A DNA stretch of 64,000 bases from positions 62,001 to 126,000 of IMG/VR virus record IMGVR_UViG_3300031997_000001. The stretch is one strand, 5' to 3'. The notes beneath the pieces are model-generated. The model did no database searches. It was not told where the DNA came from and worked only from the letters and a program-made list of their open reading frames with translations. A program made the position numbers and the translations under genes. This document shows, one piece after another, positions 28,064-38,080 of the stretch (positions within the stretch are counted from its first letter, which is position 1; the number at the start of each line of letters is the position of its first letter).

Positions 28064-31000
28064 ATGATACATTTCTCTTCTGGTACATCAACATCCACGG
28101 AGTCTCTTAATTTCTTACCGAATCCGGCGCTCTGTATCGTCATTGCGAATGACGGCTCTTATCCCATCCAGATAAGACTCAGGTCGAAGAACGGATTTGC
28201 CCTTCAGATCGTGCCGGTCAACTATATTCACAGGATTTCTACCCACGATCATTCTATCGGCATTCAGTCCATCACGGTCGTATCGTCGCATCCGACACCG
28301 TTCAGATTCTGGTGGTCTTCTGATCAGATAATAGAGCCTGCTCCCGAGACGACGAAAACGATAGGAAAATATGTCTTCGTGTTATTTCCCCCCAGCATCA
28401 TCGACGAGGCCAAGGCCAGTCCGTTAATGCCGATCCCCCAACAGCCGATCGGTCGCCAGGGACAACAAGGTTATCAGGGCCAGGGCTACGTCGGCAGAGA
28501 CGGCTGGCAGGGCAGGCAGGGCTGGCAGGGCCCAGTGACTGAGGGCATCCAAGGCCTACAGGGTTATCAGAGCTCTCCGGGCCAGCAGGGTCAGCAGGGC
28601 TGGCAGGGTTGGCAGGGTGTCGGAAACATCGGCGTCGATGGCATGCAGGGAATCCAGGGGCCTATTGGAGCCGGCTATCAGGGCCCCCAGGGCGGAGAAG
28701 GGCTTCAGGGTGGGCAGGGTTCACAAGGCTGGCAAGGGACAGGAGATCCGGGCCTACAAGGCCTCCAGGGTGATGCGGGCCAGCAGGGCTGGCAGGGTCA
28801 GCAAGGCCAGCAGGGTCAACAGGGCTGGCAGGGTTTTGGCGAACCCGGCCTTCAGGGCGTTCAGGGTCAGCAAGGCTGGCAGGGTCAGCAAGGCCAGCAG
28901 GGCGGTCAGGGCTGGCAGGGTGATGCCGGTACGCAGGGCCAGCAGGGTCAACAGGGTAGACAAGGACAGCAGGGCCAGCAAGGCCAGCAGGGCGGTCAGG
29001 GCTGGCAGGGTGATGCCGGTACGCAGGGCCAGCAAGGCAGGCAGGGCCAGCAAGGACAGCAGGGCCAGCAAGGCCAGCAGGGCGGTCAGGGCTGGCAGGG
29101 TGATGCCGGTACGCAGGGCCAGCAAGGCAGGCAGGGCCAGCAAGGCCAGCAGGGTCAACAGGGCTGGCAGGGTTGGCAGGGACTTCAGGGTCTGCAGGGC
29201 CGTCAGGGCCAGCAGGGCCAACAGGGCCAGCAGGGCGGTCAAGGTTGGCAGGGCCAGCAGGGTAGCCAGGGCTGGCAGGGCCTGCAAGGCCTGCAGGGTC
29301 TGCAAGGTCAACAGGGCCAGCAGGGCCAACAAGGTCAACAAGGTCAACAGGGTCAACAAGGTAGGCAGGGCCAGCAGGGCCAGCAGGGCTGGCAGGGCTT
29401 GGAGGGCTCGCAGGGTCTCCAGGGTTATCAAGGCCAACAAGGTCAACAGGGCCAACAGGGTCAACAGGGCTGGCAAGGCGGCGGCGGTCAGGGCTACCAG
29501 GGTCAGCAAGGCTGGCAAGGCTGGCAGGGCCCCATAGCGCCAAGCGGTGAGCAAGGTTACCAAGGCCTGCAGGGTCTCCAGGGTCAGCAAGGCTGGCAGG
29601 GTCCGTCGACTGAAGGCATACAAGGCCTCCAGGGTTATCAGGGCTGGCAGGGCCTACAAGGCTGGCAAGGCCCGTCGACGGAAGGCATACAAGGCCTCCA
29701 GGGCTATCAAGGTCAGCAAGGCCAGCAAGGCCAACAGGGCTACCAAGGCCAGCAGGGTCAACAGGGCCAGCAAGGTGGTCAGGGTTGGCAGGGTCCGGGA
29801 AGCGAAGGAACTCAAGGCCTTCAGGGTTTACAGGGCCTGCAAGGTCAGCAGGGCCAGCAGGGTCAGCAGGGTTGGCAAGGGCTCCAGGGCCTTCAGGGCA
29901 ATCAAGGACTCCAGGGCCAGCAAGGCCAGCAGGGTCAGCAAGGTCAGCAGGGCAGGCAGGGCCAGCAGGGCTGGCAGGGCCTCCAGGGTTTACAAGGTGG
30001 CCAGGGCCAGCAGGGCCAGCAGGGTCAGCAGGGTCAACAGGGCTGGCAGGGCTGGCAGGGACTTCAGGGCTTACAAGGCGTTCAAGGCCAGCAGGGCCAG
30101 CAGGGCTGGCAGGGTCTTGAGGGCTGGCAGGGTCTTCAGGGTCAACAGGGCCAGCAGGGCCAGCAAGGTGGTCAGGGTTACCAGGGTTATCAGGGTCAGC
30201 AGGGTCTTCAGGGTCAGCAAGGTCAACAGGGCTGGCAAGGTAGCGGCGGTCAGGGTTACCAGGGCCAGCAGGGCTGGCAGGGCTGGCAGGGTGCCATAGC
30301 GCCTAGTGGTGAGCAAGGCTATCAAGGCCTGCAGGGCCAGCAGGGCCAGCAGGGTTGGCAGGGTCCGTCAACAGAGGGCATCCAGGGCCTTCAGGGATAT
30401 CAGGGCCAGCAGGGTCAGCAGGGCTGGCAGGGTCCGTCAACAGAGGGAATTCAAGGCCTTCAAGGATATCAGGGCTGGCAGGGCTATCAGGGCCAGCAGG
30501 GCCAGCAGGGCCAGCAAGGTCAACAGGGCGTTCAGGGCCAGCAGGGTCAGCAAGGCCAGCAGGGCCAGCAAGGGTACCAGGGTCTTGGGGGCCTGCAGGG
30601 TCTACAGGGCGTTCAGGGCCAGCAAGGTTGGCAGGGTTGGCAGGGTTATCAAGGCCAGCAGGGTCAGCAAGGCCAGCAGGGCCAACAAGGTTTGCAGGGT
30701 TGGCAAGGACTACAGGGCATTCAGGGCGATGCTGGCACAAGCGCCGGCATGATCCTCTATTTCGACACCGGCGCCAGCGACATAATCACTCCAAAGACTG
30801 GTCCTTCAACGCAGATCTCATTCGCCAATACGAATCCTGACACGATCGTCCGCGGCGATGGCGGCAGCTTCCTTACTGATCTCTGGGTTGCCCGCCAAAA
30901 GGTGAAGGTCACTAATTCGGCCTCTAACAACAGTACATTCCCGATTGCATCCGTGGCAGCCGGTGCTCTAACCCTGTCTGACGCATCGGCGCTCAACATA

Positions 31001-34000
31001 GAAGGAGAAGGGGCAAACGTCACCCTCACCGTCGATAACGAGAAGCTATCTCGTCTGCCGCCGGCGGCTGGTGAGATTGATGAGTCTCAGAGCGTGACCA
31101 GCGCGGACGTGAATGGCGTCCCGATTGACAACTACATCACCGTAGCGACAGTCCCGGGTCAGCTGACAATCCCGGCTGGGGTCTGGGAATTCCACTGCTA
31201 CCATTACGTCGCGGTCGGGTCAGACACGTACTTCAAGTACGAGATCTGCAAGAGGGACACGATCACTGGCATTACGACTGTCATCGATACGACTGGCCCG
31301 ACCGACAACGTGGCGAATGCCGTTACTAGATATGACGTTCAGTGGGTAGTGGCGGCGCCGGTTACGCTCTTGACTACCGACCGGATTGTCGTACGTGTTC
31401 TTGCCTTCACTTCGAGCGCTGCGGCTAGGGCAGCCCACTTCGTCTACCAGGGCAGTTCTCATGCGTCCTGGATCCTGACATCCTTCGGAATTATTCCACC
31501 TCAGGGAGCCCAGGGCTGGCAGGGGCAACAGGGCCAGCAAGGTCAGCAAGGTCAGCAGGGTTGGCAAGGTCTTCAGGGTCTACAAGGCGTACAGGGCCAG
31601 CAAGGTCTTCAAGGTCAGCAGGGCTGGCAGGGCCAACAAGGTCAGCAGGGCTGGCAGGGCCAGCAAGGCTGGCAAGGCTGGCAAGGGCTCCAAGGACTTC
31701 AGGGCCAGCAGGGTCAGCAAGGTCAGCAGGGCCAGCAGGGCTGGCAAGGCCTTCAGGGTCTGCAGGGTGTCCAAGGTCAGCAGGGTCAGCAAGGTCAGCA
31801 GGGCCAGCAAGGCTGGCAAGGCTGGCAAGGGCTCCAAGGACTTCAGGGCCAGCAGGGTCAGCAAGGTCAGCAGGGCCAGCAAGGCTGGCAAGGCTGGCAA
31901 GGGCTCCAAGGACTTCAGGGCCAGCAAGGTCAGCAGGGCCTGCAAGGCGTGCAAGGACTCCAGGGCCAGCAAGGCGTCCAAGGGCAGCAAGGTCAGCAGG
32001 GCCAGCAGGGCTGGCAAGGCCTTCAGGGTCTGCAGGGTGTCCAAGGGCAGCAAGGTCAACAGGGGCAGCAGGGTTGGCAAGGCCTGCAGGGACTCCAGGG
32101 TTATCAAGGATTCCAGGGTCAGCAGGGCCAGCAGGGTGTACAGGGTCAGCAGGGCGGCCAGGGCTGGCAGGGCTGGCAGGGACTACAAGGTAGTCAGGGC
32201 GGGCAGGGTAATCAGGGTTGGCAAGGCCAGCAGGGCTGGCAAGGCGTACAAGGCCAACAGGGCCAGCAAGGGTTCCAGGGCGGTCAAGGCTGGCAAGGTT
32301 GGCAGGGTAATCAGGGTTGGCAAGGTCTTGAGGGCCTTCAGGGACTTCAAGGCCAGCAGGGCCAGCAAGGGTTCCAGGGGCAGCAGGGTTGGCAAGGCCT
32401 GCAGGGACTCCAGGGTTATCAAGGATTCCAGGGTCAGCAGGGCCAGCAGGGTCAGCAAGGCTGGCAAGGCCTCCAGGGTTTACAGGGTCAGCAGGGTCAG
32501 CAGGGCTGGCAAGGAGCATCGGCAGAGGGCATACAGGGTCTGCAGGGTTTCCAGGGTCAGCAGGGTCTGCAGGGCGGCCAGGGTTGGCAGGGTCCCGGAA
32601 GCGAAGGGACTCAGGGCTATCAAGGTCAGCAGGGCCAGCAGGGCCAGCAGGGTCAGCAGGGTTGGCAAGGACTCCAGGGTCTGCAGGGTCTGCAGGGCTA
32701 TCAGGGTCAACAAGGCCAACAAGGCACTCAGGGCCAGCAGGGTGTTCAGGGCCAGCAGGGCTGGCAGGGCTCTGTTGGTGATGGTATTCAGGGCCAGCAA
32801 GGCCAACAAGGTCAGCAGGGTCAGCAGGGTTGGCAAGGACTCCAGGGTCTGCAGGGTTATCAGGGCCAGCAGGGTCAACAAGGCCAACAGGGCCAACAGG
32901 GCGTCCAAGGTCAGCAGGGCCAGCAAGGTGGTCAGGGTTGGCAGGGTTGGCAGGGCTGGCAAGGGCTCCAGGGCCTTCAGGGTGTTCAAGGTCAGCAGGG
33001 TCAACAGGGCCAGCAGGGTCAACAGGGTCAACAGGGTCAGCAAGGCCAGCAGGGCTGGCAAGGCGCTGTTGGCGAAGGCGTACAGGGATTCCAAGGTCTT
33101 CAAGGCGTTCAGGGCCAGCAGGGACAGCAAGGCCAGCAGGGTCAGCAAGGCCAGCAGGGCTGGCAGGGTTCTGGTGGCGATGGCCAGCAGGGCATGCAGG
33201 GTCAACAGGGCATGCAGGGCCAGCAGGGCTGGCAGGGTTCTGGTGGCGATGGCCAGCAGGGCCTTCAGGGTCAACAGGGCATGCAGGGCCAGCAGGGCTG
33301 GCAGGGTTCTGGTGGCGATGGCCAGCAGGGCCTTCAGGGTCAACAGGGCATGCAGGGCCAGCAGGGCTGGCAGGGTTCTGGTGGCGATGGCCAGCAGGGC
33401 CTTCAGGGCCAGCAAGGTCAGCAGGGTGGCCAAGGCTGGCAAGGACTCCAAGGACTGCAAGGTGCACAGGGTTGGCAGGGTCCTACTGCCGAAGGCGTGC
33501 AAGGCCTACAGGGTAGCCAAGGCCAGCAGGGCTGGCAGGGTTCTGGTGGCGATGGCCAGCAGGGCCTGCAGGGTGTACAGGGCCAGCAGGGCCAGCAGGG
33601 CCAGCAGGGTGTGCAGGGCCAGCAAGGTCAGCAAGGATGGCAAGGACTTCAGGGCCAGCAGGGCCAGCAAGGCCAGCAGGGTGTGCAGGGCCAGCAAGGT
33701 CAGCAAGGATGGCAAGGACTTCAGGGCCTGCAGGGTGTGCAAGGCCAGCAGGGTGTGCAGGGTCAGCAGGGCCAGCAGGGCCAGCAGGGTTGGCAGGGCT
33801 GGCAAGGACTTCAGGGCCTGCAGGGTGTGCAGGGCCAGCAGGGCCGGCAGGGACAACAAGGCCAACAAGGCGTTCAGGGCCAGCAGGGCTGGCAAGGACT
33901 CCAAGGCCAGCAAGGTGCGCAGGGCTGGCAGGGTCCAACTGCCGAAGGCGTGCAAGGCCTACAGGGCGTGCAAGGCCAGCAAGGTGCGCAGGGCTGGCAG

Positions 34001-34663
34001 GGTCCAACTGCCGAAGGCGTGCAAGGCCTACAGGGTAGCCAAGGCCAGCAGGGTCAGCAGGGCTGGCAGGGCCGGCAAGGCCAGCAGGGTTATCAAGGCT
34101 TCCAAGGCTACCAGGGCGCTCAGGGCGTCCAGGGCCGGCAGGGCTTCCAAGGTCTCACACAAGGATCGTCATTTATTCTGGGAGCGGCTGGCGGATGGGC
34201 ATCGACAACGAATGGATGCACCGGACCGAATCGTACCGAATTGACTACGAGTAAGTTGAACTATCAGTGTTTGGAATTCGTGCAGGCTGCACAGAAGTAT
34301 GCTGAGTGGACCTGTTATTTGCCAGCGAACTATACTGCGGCGGCAACTATTACCGCGAAATTTATATGGGCCTGTGCAAATGCATCAACCAACAGTGTGG
34401 TGTGGGGTTGCTCGGCGAACTCTTACACAGATGGCGACCCGTTTGATATGACTTTCTCGGCGGGAGTTGAAGTGACGGATGCAAACAACGCGGATAAAGA
34501 CATAAATATCTCTGCCGCTACGGCGGCAATCACGATCAAGCAAGCAGCAAGTTCCCCTGCTGCTGGGCAATTGCTGCACATCAGGGTTTATCGGCTGGGC
34601 AGTGGAGCGGATAACTTAGCTGCATCGGCTTGTCTGCTTCAGGTCATCATTACCTACACATAG
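28064..34663 (+). CDS. Second giant collagen-like fibre protein (about 2199 aa): two Gly-X-Gln segments separated by a globular domain, plus a C-terminal globular domain
   Basis: Start reassigned to MIHFSSG, since the upstream part of the track ORF is antisense to 27482..27952. GXQ regions about 28450-30730 and 31500-34160. Confidence 0.88.
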   Translation: MIHFSSGTSTSTESLNFLPNPALCIVIANDGSYPIQIRLRSKNGFALQIVPVNYIHRISTHDHSIGIQSITVVSSHPTPFRFWWSSDQIIEPAPETTKTIGKYVFVLFPPSIIDEAKASPLMPIPQQPIGRQGQQGYQGQGYVGRDGWQGRQGWQGPVTEGIQGLQGYQSSPGQQGQQGWQGWQGVGNIGVDGMQGIQGPIGAGYQGPQGGEGLQGGQGSQGWQGTGDPGLQGLQGDAGQQGWQGQQGQQGQQGWQGFGEPGLQGVQGQQGWQGQQGQQGGQGWQGDAGTQGQQGQQGRQGQQGQQGQQGGQGWQGDAGTQGQQGRQGQQGQQGQQGQQGGQGWQGDAGTQGQQGRQGQQGQQGQQGWQGWQGLQGLQGRQGQQGQQGQQGGQGWQGQQGSQGWQGLQGLQGLQGQQGQQGQQGQQGQQGQQGRQGQQGQQGWQGLEGSQGLQGYQGQQGQQGQQGQQGWQGGGGQGYQGQQGWQGWQGPIAPSGEQGYQGLQGLQGQQGWQGPSTEGIQGLQGYQGWQGLQGWQGPSTEGIQGLQGYQGQQGQQGQQGYQGQQGQQGQQGGQGWQGPGSEGTQGLQGLQGLQGQQGQQGQQGWQGLQGLQGNQGLQGQQGQQGQQGQQGRQGQQGWQGLQGLQGGQGQQGQQGQQGQQGWQGWQGLQGLQGVQGQQGQQGWQGLEGWQGLQGQQGQQGQQGGQGYQGYQGQQGLQGQQGQQGWQGSGGQGYQGQQGWQGWQGAIAPSGEQGYQGLQGQQGQQGWQGPSTEGIQGLQGYQGQQGQQGWQGPSTEGIQGLQGYQGWQGYQGQQGQQGQQGQQGVQGQQGQQGQQGQQGYQGLGGLQGLQGVQGQQGWQGWQGYQGQQGQQGQQGQQGLQGWQGLQGIQGDAGTSAGMILYFDTGASDIITPKTGPSTQISFANTNPDTIVRGDGGSFLTDLWVARQKVKVTNSASNNSTFPIASVAAGALTLSDASALNIEGEGANVTLTVDNEKLSRLPPAAGEIDESQSVTSADVNGVPIDNYITVATVPGQLTIPAGVWEFHCYHYVAVGSDTYFKYEICKRDTITGITTVIDTTGPTDNVANAVTRYDVQWVVAAPVTLLTTDRIVVRVLAFTSSAAARAAHFVYQGSSHASWILTSFGIIPPQGAQGWQGQQGQQGQQGQQGWQGLQGLQGVQGQQGLQGQQGWQGQQGQQGWQGQQGWQGWQGLQGLQGQQGQQGQQGQQGWQGLQGLQGVQGQQGQQGQQGQQGWQGWQGLQGLQGQQGQQGQQGQQGWQGWQGLQGLQGQQGQQGLQGVQGLQGQQGVQGQQGQQGQQGWQGLQGLQGVQGQQGQQGQQGWQGLQGLQGYQGFQGQQGQQGVQGQQGGQGWQGWQGLQGSQGGQGNQGWQGQQGWQGVQGQQGQQGFQGGQGWQGWQGNQGWQGLEGLQGLQGQQGQQGFQGQQGWQGLQGLQGYQGFQGQQGQQGQQGWQGLQGLQGQQGQQGWQGASAEGIQGLQGFQGQQGLQGGQGWQGPGSEGTQGYQGQQGQQGQQGQQGWQGLQGLQGLQGYQGQQGQQGTQGQQGVQGQQGWQGSVGDGIQGQQGQQGQQGQQGWQGLQGLQGYQGQQGQQGQQGQQGVQGQQGQQGGQGWQGWQGWQGLQGLQGVQGQQGQQGQQGQQGQQGQQGQQGWQGAVGEGVQGFQGLQGVQGQQGQQGQQGQQGQQGWQGSGGDGQQGMQGQQGMQGQQGWQGSGGDGQQGLQGQQGMQGQQGWQGSGGDGQQGLQGQQGMQGQQGWQGSGGDGQQGLQGQQGQQGGQGWQGLQGLQGAQGWQGPTAEGVQGLQGSQGQQGWQGSGGDGQQGLQGVQGQQGQQGQQGVQGQQGQQGWQGLQGQQGQQGQQGVQGQQGQQGWQGLQGLQGVQGQQGVQGQQGQQGQQGWQGWQGLQGLQGVQGQQGRQGQQGQQGVQGQQGWQGLQGQQGAQGWQGPTAEGVQGLQGVQGQQGAQGWQGPTAEGVQGLQGSQGQQGQQGWQGRQGQQGYQGFQGYQGAQGVQGRQGFQGLTQGSSFILGAAGGWASTTNGCTGPNRTELTTSKLNYQCLEFVQAAQKYAEWTCYLPANYTAAATITAKFIWACANASTNSVVWGCSANSYTDGDPFDMTFSAGVEVTDANNADKDINISAATAAITIKQAASSPAAGQLLHIRVYRLGSGADNLAASACLLQVIITYT
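28450..30730 (+). repeat. Gly-X-Gln coding repeat, segment A (about 760 aa)
   Basis: 9-nt periodic GGN-NNN-CAR. Confidence 0.95.
31500..34160 (+). repeat. Gly-X-Gln coding repeat, segment B (about 885 aa), including a 69-bp near-perfect tandem repeat at 33167-33400
   Basis: Unit GSGGDGQQG(M/L)[13 protein letters not shown] starts at 33167, 33236, 33305 and (partial) 33374. Confidence 0.95.
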
Positions 34664-34671
34664 GCTGAGTT

Positions 34672-35793
34672 ATGGCAGATCTTGGTGCGTCTCCAGTCAC
34701 GATCAGCGCCACTGCGGCGTACACCATCCCGCTTGGGGTGTACTCACTTCAGGTCGAATGCCAAGGTGGTGCGGCGGCGGGCTCGAATGGTCCGGGAGTA
34801 GCCAAGAGGTCCGGTGGAGGTGGAGGGGGAGGAGCCTATTCGAAGAGGGCGGCAATCAGGGTCATTCCGGGAAAATCATATACATTCACAGTCGGGGTTG
34901 CTGTTGCTGCGGCGTCCCAAAGCAACGGAAACCCGACTACGTTTACTGGAGAGGACGCCGTCGCCTGCACAGCGGCTGGAGGAACTTGTCCTGCGAATCT
35001 TACCACGGGAGGCGCGGGTGGCGCTGTTGTGGCATCTGTTGGGGATGCCGGTGCGATTTTCGCTGGTGGTGCTGGAGGAAATGGATCAACCACCAGCGAT
35101 CAGGGCGGCGGGGGTGGAGGAGAAGGCGCGTATCAAGCGACAGGAAATATTGGACAAAATAACGTAGGAGCAACCGGAGGGGCTGGCGGAACCGGATTGG
35201 CGGGTGGTGGTGACGGCGGAAAGGGAGGGAACAACACGGCTGGCGGTAGTGACGGTGTTGCCCCCGGTGGTGGAGGTGGAGGTGCCGGTGGAAGCAACGA
35301 CTCGGGTGGTGCCGGGGCGACGGGACAGATCATTGTTACTTACACGACCAACGTGACCAGGTCCTTCGGCGGTGGGTATGCTTCTCCGGGCTCGATGGGA
35401 TTCTCACTTCTTCTGGGCCTTCTGGGTCGGTTCTTCTGCAGCCTTTGCTCCGCCAGCAAAGAAATCCCGGATTTCCTGAGCCTGCTCGACGCCTGCGCTA
35501 AAGAGTTCGGGCACGTCAACGTGGGACCCGACGGCGACTACTCCCAGGCCAGCGCAATGATGGAATTCGAACGTCGGGTGCATGACCTTCGCCTCTTCAA
35601 AGAAGCGAGAAACCCCGAATTCTGGATGGACGACTCTCGTGTCGTGAAGCAGTACGATTCCCTGATTGGACATCTTCCCGACCCACTCCCGAAAGTCGTG
35701 CTTCACCGCATCATAGGTATGAAGCCCGTCGATGTGAAGGATGTCGATGTCAGACGGCACCTGGTACGCCGCGGCATCAAAAGTGCAGCGTAA
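34672..35793 (+). CDS. Glycine-rich virion/tail-associated protein whose 3' end runs antisense over the next gene
   Basis: VECQGGAAAG..GGGGGGGAYSKR..GGAGATGQIIVTY is the common phage Gly-rich domain; the last about 130 codons overlap 35404..36114. Confidence 0.75.
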   Translation: MADLGASPVTISATAAYTIPLGVYSLQVECQGGAAAGSNGPGVAKRSGGGGGGGAYSKRAAIRVIPGKSYTFTVGVAVAAASQSNGNPTTFTGEDAVACTAAGGTCPANLTTGGAGGAVVASVGDAGAIFAGGAGGNGSTTSDQGGGGGGEGAYQATGNIGQNNVGATGGAGGTGLAGGGDGGKGGNNTAGGSDGVAPGGGGGGAGGSNDSGGAGATGQIIVTYTTNVTRSFGGGYASPGSMGFSLLLGLLGRFFCSLCSASKEIPDFLSLLDACAKEFGHVNVGPDGDYSQASAMMEFERRVHDLRLFKEARNPEFWMDDSRVVKQYDSLIGHLPDPLPKVVLHRIIGMKPVDVKDVDVRRHLVRRGIKSAA

Positions 35794-36114
35794 GAGCTGG
35801 GAGAAGTCGGCGTATTGCTGGTGTGTCGAAAGTAATACGGGGAAGATTCCGTCATAAGGTCCGGTAAAGGCGTCTCCCTTCCAGGTATCCACTCCCCAGC
35901 AACGCGCGGCAAGCCTCAAATATTTTACGGCCTGGCAGAACGCCAGATAGGACCCGCCCTGGAACACGCCCAGCTCGACTATCTTCCCGGGTCTCGTGCG
36001 CTCTACCAGCCACCTCGCGAACGGGATGTGCCCGTACCAGGAGCTCGCATCGATGTTATGCTGGAGTGGGAGGTGGACGGCGTAGGCGGGATGGCCGACG
36101 TAGGGGAGGTTCAC
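35404..36114 (-). CDS. Class I SAM methyltransferase (Methyltransf_24-like)
   Basis: IVELGVFQGGS, WGVDTWKGD, IDILHIDGLHTYDAVKHDF, GIVLLHDT. Confidence 0.88.
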   Translation of the reverse strand: MNLPYVGHPAYAVHLPLQHNIDASSWYGHIPFARWLVERTRPGKIVELGVFQGGSYLAFCQAVKYLRLAARCWGVDTWKGDAFTGPYDGIFPVLLSTHQQYADFSQLLRCTFDAAAYQVPSDIDILHIDGLHTYDAVKHDFREWVGKMSNQGIVLLHDTRVVHPEFGVSRFFEEAKVMHPTFEFHHCAGLGVVAVGSHVDVPELFSAGVEQAQEIRDFFAGGAKAAEEPTQKAQKK

Positions 36115-36815
36115 AGGGGCAGGTGGCCTCTTCCTATGGTTCTTTCGAATTCTGCCTTGTATTCCGCCTCGTCCAGCCTTGTCTTATAGGGATCTACTGC
36201 CGTCCTATAGAGGCAGACGGCCTCATTTTTCTGAATGTGTCTGCCAATATAACCCTCGGCACCCAGATTTGTCTGTTCAACATCGCGCCAGTTGCGCTGC
36301 CAGAACAAGGCAAAGTTATTCACCCACCAGAAGTTGCCCGCAAAATGCCAGTTCGATCCGCCAAGATTGGGCCAGTCAGTTTGGAAGCAACCAACGGCTG
36401 AATGCGTAGTCAGTATGCTGTCTATGACACTCTGGTTTCCGAGGTTGAACAGGTACATGGCGCCTGTCCAGGCCTTGACGTTCTCCCAATAGAATGGCTC
36501 GCGGGACGACCCCTTGGTGTGCCCGTAGAACGTGATTTCGTCATTCCGGATCGACTGGACCATCGCCAACTTCTCGATGAGCGTCTCAGTCTCCCAGGTC
36601 GGCTTATTCGCCCGGATTAGGAATTCGGCGCTCTTGACGTTGAGATGCTTCCTGACTTCCTCTTCTGTCTCCGTCTTCTCGTCCAGGGCGATCGAGAAGA
36701 CTATTCTATCGAACTGGCTATAGGACTTCCGGAGCTGGTCGACGTTCCATCTCCACATGTCGCCGCCCCAGGGATGGCATGTCGGATAGATGTGGTAGAT
36801 CAGGTTACGACGCAT
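36111..36815 (-). CDS. Conserved hypothetical protein, possibly glycosyltransferase-like
   Basis: FYGHTKG..HFAGNFWW..AEGYIG motifs, which I recall from proteins in viral glycosylation clusters. Confidence 0.55.
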   Translation of the reverse strand: MRRNLIYHIYPTCHPWGGDMWRWNVDQLRKSYSQFDRIVFSIALDEKTETEEEVRKHLNVKSAEFLIRANKPTWETETLIEKLAMVQSIRNDEITFYGHTKGSSREPFYWENVKAWTGAMYLFNLGNQSVIDSILTTHSAVGCFQTDWPNLGGSNWHFAGNFWWVNNFALFWQRNWRDVEQTNLGAEGYIGRHIQKNEAVCLYRTAVDPYKTRLDEAEYKAEFERTIGRGHLPL

Positions 36816-37140
36816 TGAGTCTCTTATTCATGAAACCCAACAATTTCGTCGGCATCGTGTGAAATCCACAGTTGTGTTGGCACGTTTCGAGGACACTCGG
36901 ACTGATGTTGCCCTGCGCGTCGATGTCGTGTCCCCGATCGATCCGCCACAATGTCCCGAAGCAACCGCAGTCTGGACACCGGATGATAAGGTCCCATCCG
37001 TTGCCTCCTACCGAACGCAGGTCGATCCACGCCCATTCGCCCGGCTCGACTAATTCGTGAAGGTGGAGGCCGTTGCCGGGAACCTCCCCGTTCACCGCTT
37101 TAGCCGCGAGTCGGAATTCATATGCGCCGGTTCGTGCCAT
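36805..37140 (-). CDS. Small Cys/His zinc-binding protein (DUF6527-like)
   Basis: IRCPDCG..HDIDAQGNISPSV..C..NCGFH. Confidence 0.6.
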   Translation of the reverse strand: MARTGAYEFRLAAKAVNGEVPGNGLHLHELVEPGEWAWIDLRSVGGNGWDLIIRCPDCGCFGTLWRIDRGHDIDAQGNISPSVLETCQHNCGFHTMPTKLLGFMNKRLNAS

Positions 37141-37150
37141 AATTCTGAAT

Positions 37151-38080
37151 CTAGGCCAGGTTATGACAACATGTGCCTCGTATGTGCTTGCTAAAATTGC
37201 AGTTGAAGCACATGACCTGATAACCTGGAGGATAATGGCGCTTTATTAGTAAACGATAAAAGTGACTACCGCCGCCTCCGCATTTCTTTCTGTCTGCGGC
37301 GCCATTACCATGAATATGATCAACAGACAAAACATCCATGTCGTCAGCTCCACAACAAACGCACTTGCCATCACCATAGTGATACATAACATTCGCCTTC
37401 ATAAGTGCATGATATTCCGATCTACGGTGTGCGGAGAAGTGCATTTTTATATTGCAATTGTGGCACAATAAGCGTAGATCTTTCGGAAAGCTGTTTTTTA
37501 CGATCCAGCGATACAACCTCAAACCGCGCATGTTGTGTTTTCGCCTTTGCTCGCCACCATTGCTAGTGGTATGATCAATGGCCAGGAAGTCCGGATGTTT
37601 TTCACCACAAACAACGCATTTATCTCCGTAATATTGAAGTATGGTGCCGCGTAGCCTATTCTTATCCGCGACATATTGCACGTGCTTGATATGTGCACGA
37701 GTGTGAACGTACTTTAGGGAGCACTTGATGCAAGTAGGGGCGCGGCCATCATTGCTGGCGTCTTTCTTGTGAAACTGAGTCAGTCGTAATGATCGGCCAC
37801 ATTTGTTGCATTTCTTGGTAGCCTTGTGGTTCTTCCTTTGACATGCTTTACAAGTGATCGATTTTATTCCGCTACGCGTCCGGATGACCAACGAATGGAA
37901 TCGGGTGTTTCCACATCTACACTTGCCGCCAAGCGAACGGATGAGTGCAGCTTTTCTCTCGAAAAACGCCCTGCTGCTTCTCTTTGTCGCAATACCATGG
38001 CATTTCTTACAGCACGCGTACCCTTCATAAAACTTGCCAATGTCAAGCTTCAGCAAGCATTTTGTGCATTTCTTAAGCAT
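37151..38080 (-). mobile_element. HNH homing endonuclease-like gene with zinc fingers and tandem HNH domains
   Basis: YGDKCVVCGE..LAIDH..LLCHNCN and YGDGKCVCCG..LSVDH..VMCFNCN; CxxC fingers; AT-rich codon usage. Confidence 0.85.

Noticed and set aside
28900-33400. Repeats that might look like a CRISPR array or a DGR template/variable repeat pair
   Set aside because: The repeats are in-frame coding triplets without unique spacers or adenine-specific mismatches, and no cas or reverse transcriptase gene is present.
28617-34244. Overlapping low-complexity ORFs across collagen 2
   Set aside because: Same shadow-frame artefact as in collagen 1.
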